Source: Patescibacteria group bacterium
Lineage (GTDB): Bacteria; Patescibacteriota; Minisyncoccia; Phycocordibacterales; Phycocordibacteraceae
Length of the DNA stretch: 64,000 bases
Assembly (NCBI GenBank): GCA_040388985.1
Contig: JAZKAU010000001.1
Span: 123,359 to 187,358, forward strand
Direction: 5' to 3'
The translations under genes and the position numbers were made by a program. Positions within the stretch are counted from its first letter, which is position 1, and the number at the start of each line of letters is the position of its first letter. Below, one piece after another: positions 63,818-64,000 of this stretch. Under the pieces are notes generated by a model. The model worked only from the letters and a program-made list of their open reading frames with translations, did not search any database and had not been told where the DNA came from.

Positions 63818-64000
63818 TTTCTTCGGTAGAAGGAATTAGCCGGAGGATGTTCTCGCATCCTCCTACCAAGACTGTACGAAAAGCGATCCTGGTAGGAACT
63901 CACGAGACAGAATATAGCCCACTAACTTAATATGCTTAGAGCATACTTCGTAAAAGGTATATTGTCCGAAGTGTATCTCGTCCACCCCAGGAGCCTGAAT

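Overview
This 64 kb window has high GC content, by eye roughly 58-60% (not computed), and is gene-dense, mostly on the + strand. It carries mostly housekeeping genes (translation, chaperones, cell wall, protein turnover) of a bacterium whose features look like Patescibacteria/CPR. That lineage call is an inference from several things: a short 648-aa AlaRS, an archaeal-type 448-aa AspRS, a Cys-less L36, proteins with histone H1-like Lys/Ala tails, and many genes lacking a Shine-Dalgarno sequence with a TATACT box 6-13 nt before the ATG. Recognisable genes in order are listed below.

- holB (partial).
- A sigma-70 region-4 protein.
- mltG, mnmA.
- An ATP-cone/Mrr-type nuclease and a Cas4-like Fe-S nuclease.
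- ung.
- An M3 oligoendopeptidase and two M16 peptidases.
- alaS.
- infA-rpmJ-rpsM-rpsK-rpsD-rpoA-rplQ-rplM-rpsI.
- grpE-dnaK-dnaJ.
- tyrS followed by tRNA-Tyr(GTA).
- A secreted S8 protease.
- trpS, aspS, scpA, scpB.
- A DD-carboxypeptidase.
- mraY, ftsW, a Nudix hydrolase, murG, gltX.
- An M23 peptidase.
- An alkA-like glycosylase.
- A CAP-domain protein.
- An ECF sigma factor with its anti-sigma factor.
- A MacAB-like adaptor, ATPase and permease.
- A TMEM175-type channel, an SDR oxidoreductase, yidD.

There are no rRNA genes, CRISPR arrays, transposases or integrases. Features not explained by the gene list are as follows.

- A roughly 100-nt intergenic hairpin element occurs twice with compensatory base changes (after mraY and after a zinc-ribbon gene).
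- A 31-bp perfect palindrome lies in the divergent M3/M16 promoter region.
- A 140-nt hairpin with an internal 27-codon uORF buries the start codon of the Cas4-like nuclease gene.
- A 124-nt highly structured spacer separates rpsD from rpoA.
- Copies of the tRNA-Tyr 3' end lie just downstream of that tRNA.
- Two palindromes sit in front of dnaK.
- A low-GC, ORF-poor 2.2 kb tail (about 61.8-64.0 kb) contains a 68-nt tRNA-like element that cannot fold as a canonical tRNA, plus several tetraloop hairpins.

All calls are from reading the sequence and the supplied ORF track. No database searches were run.
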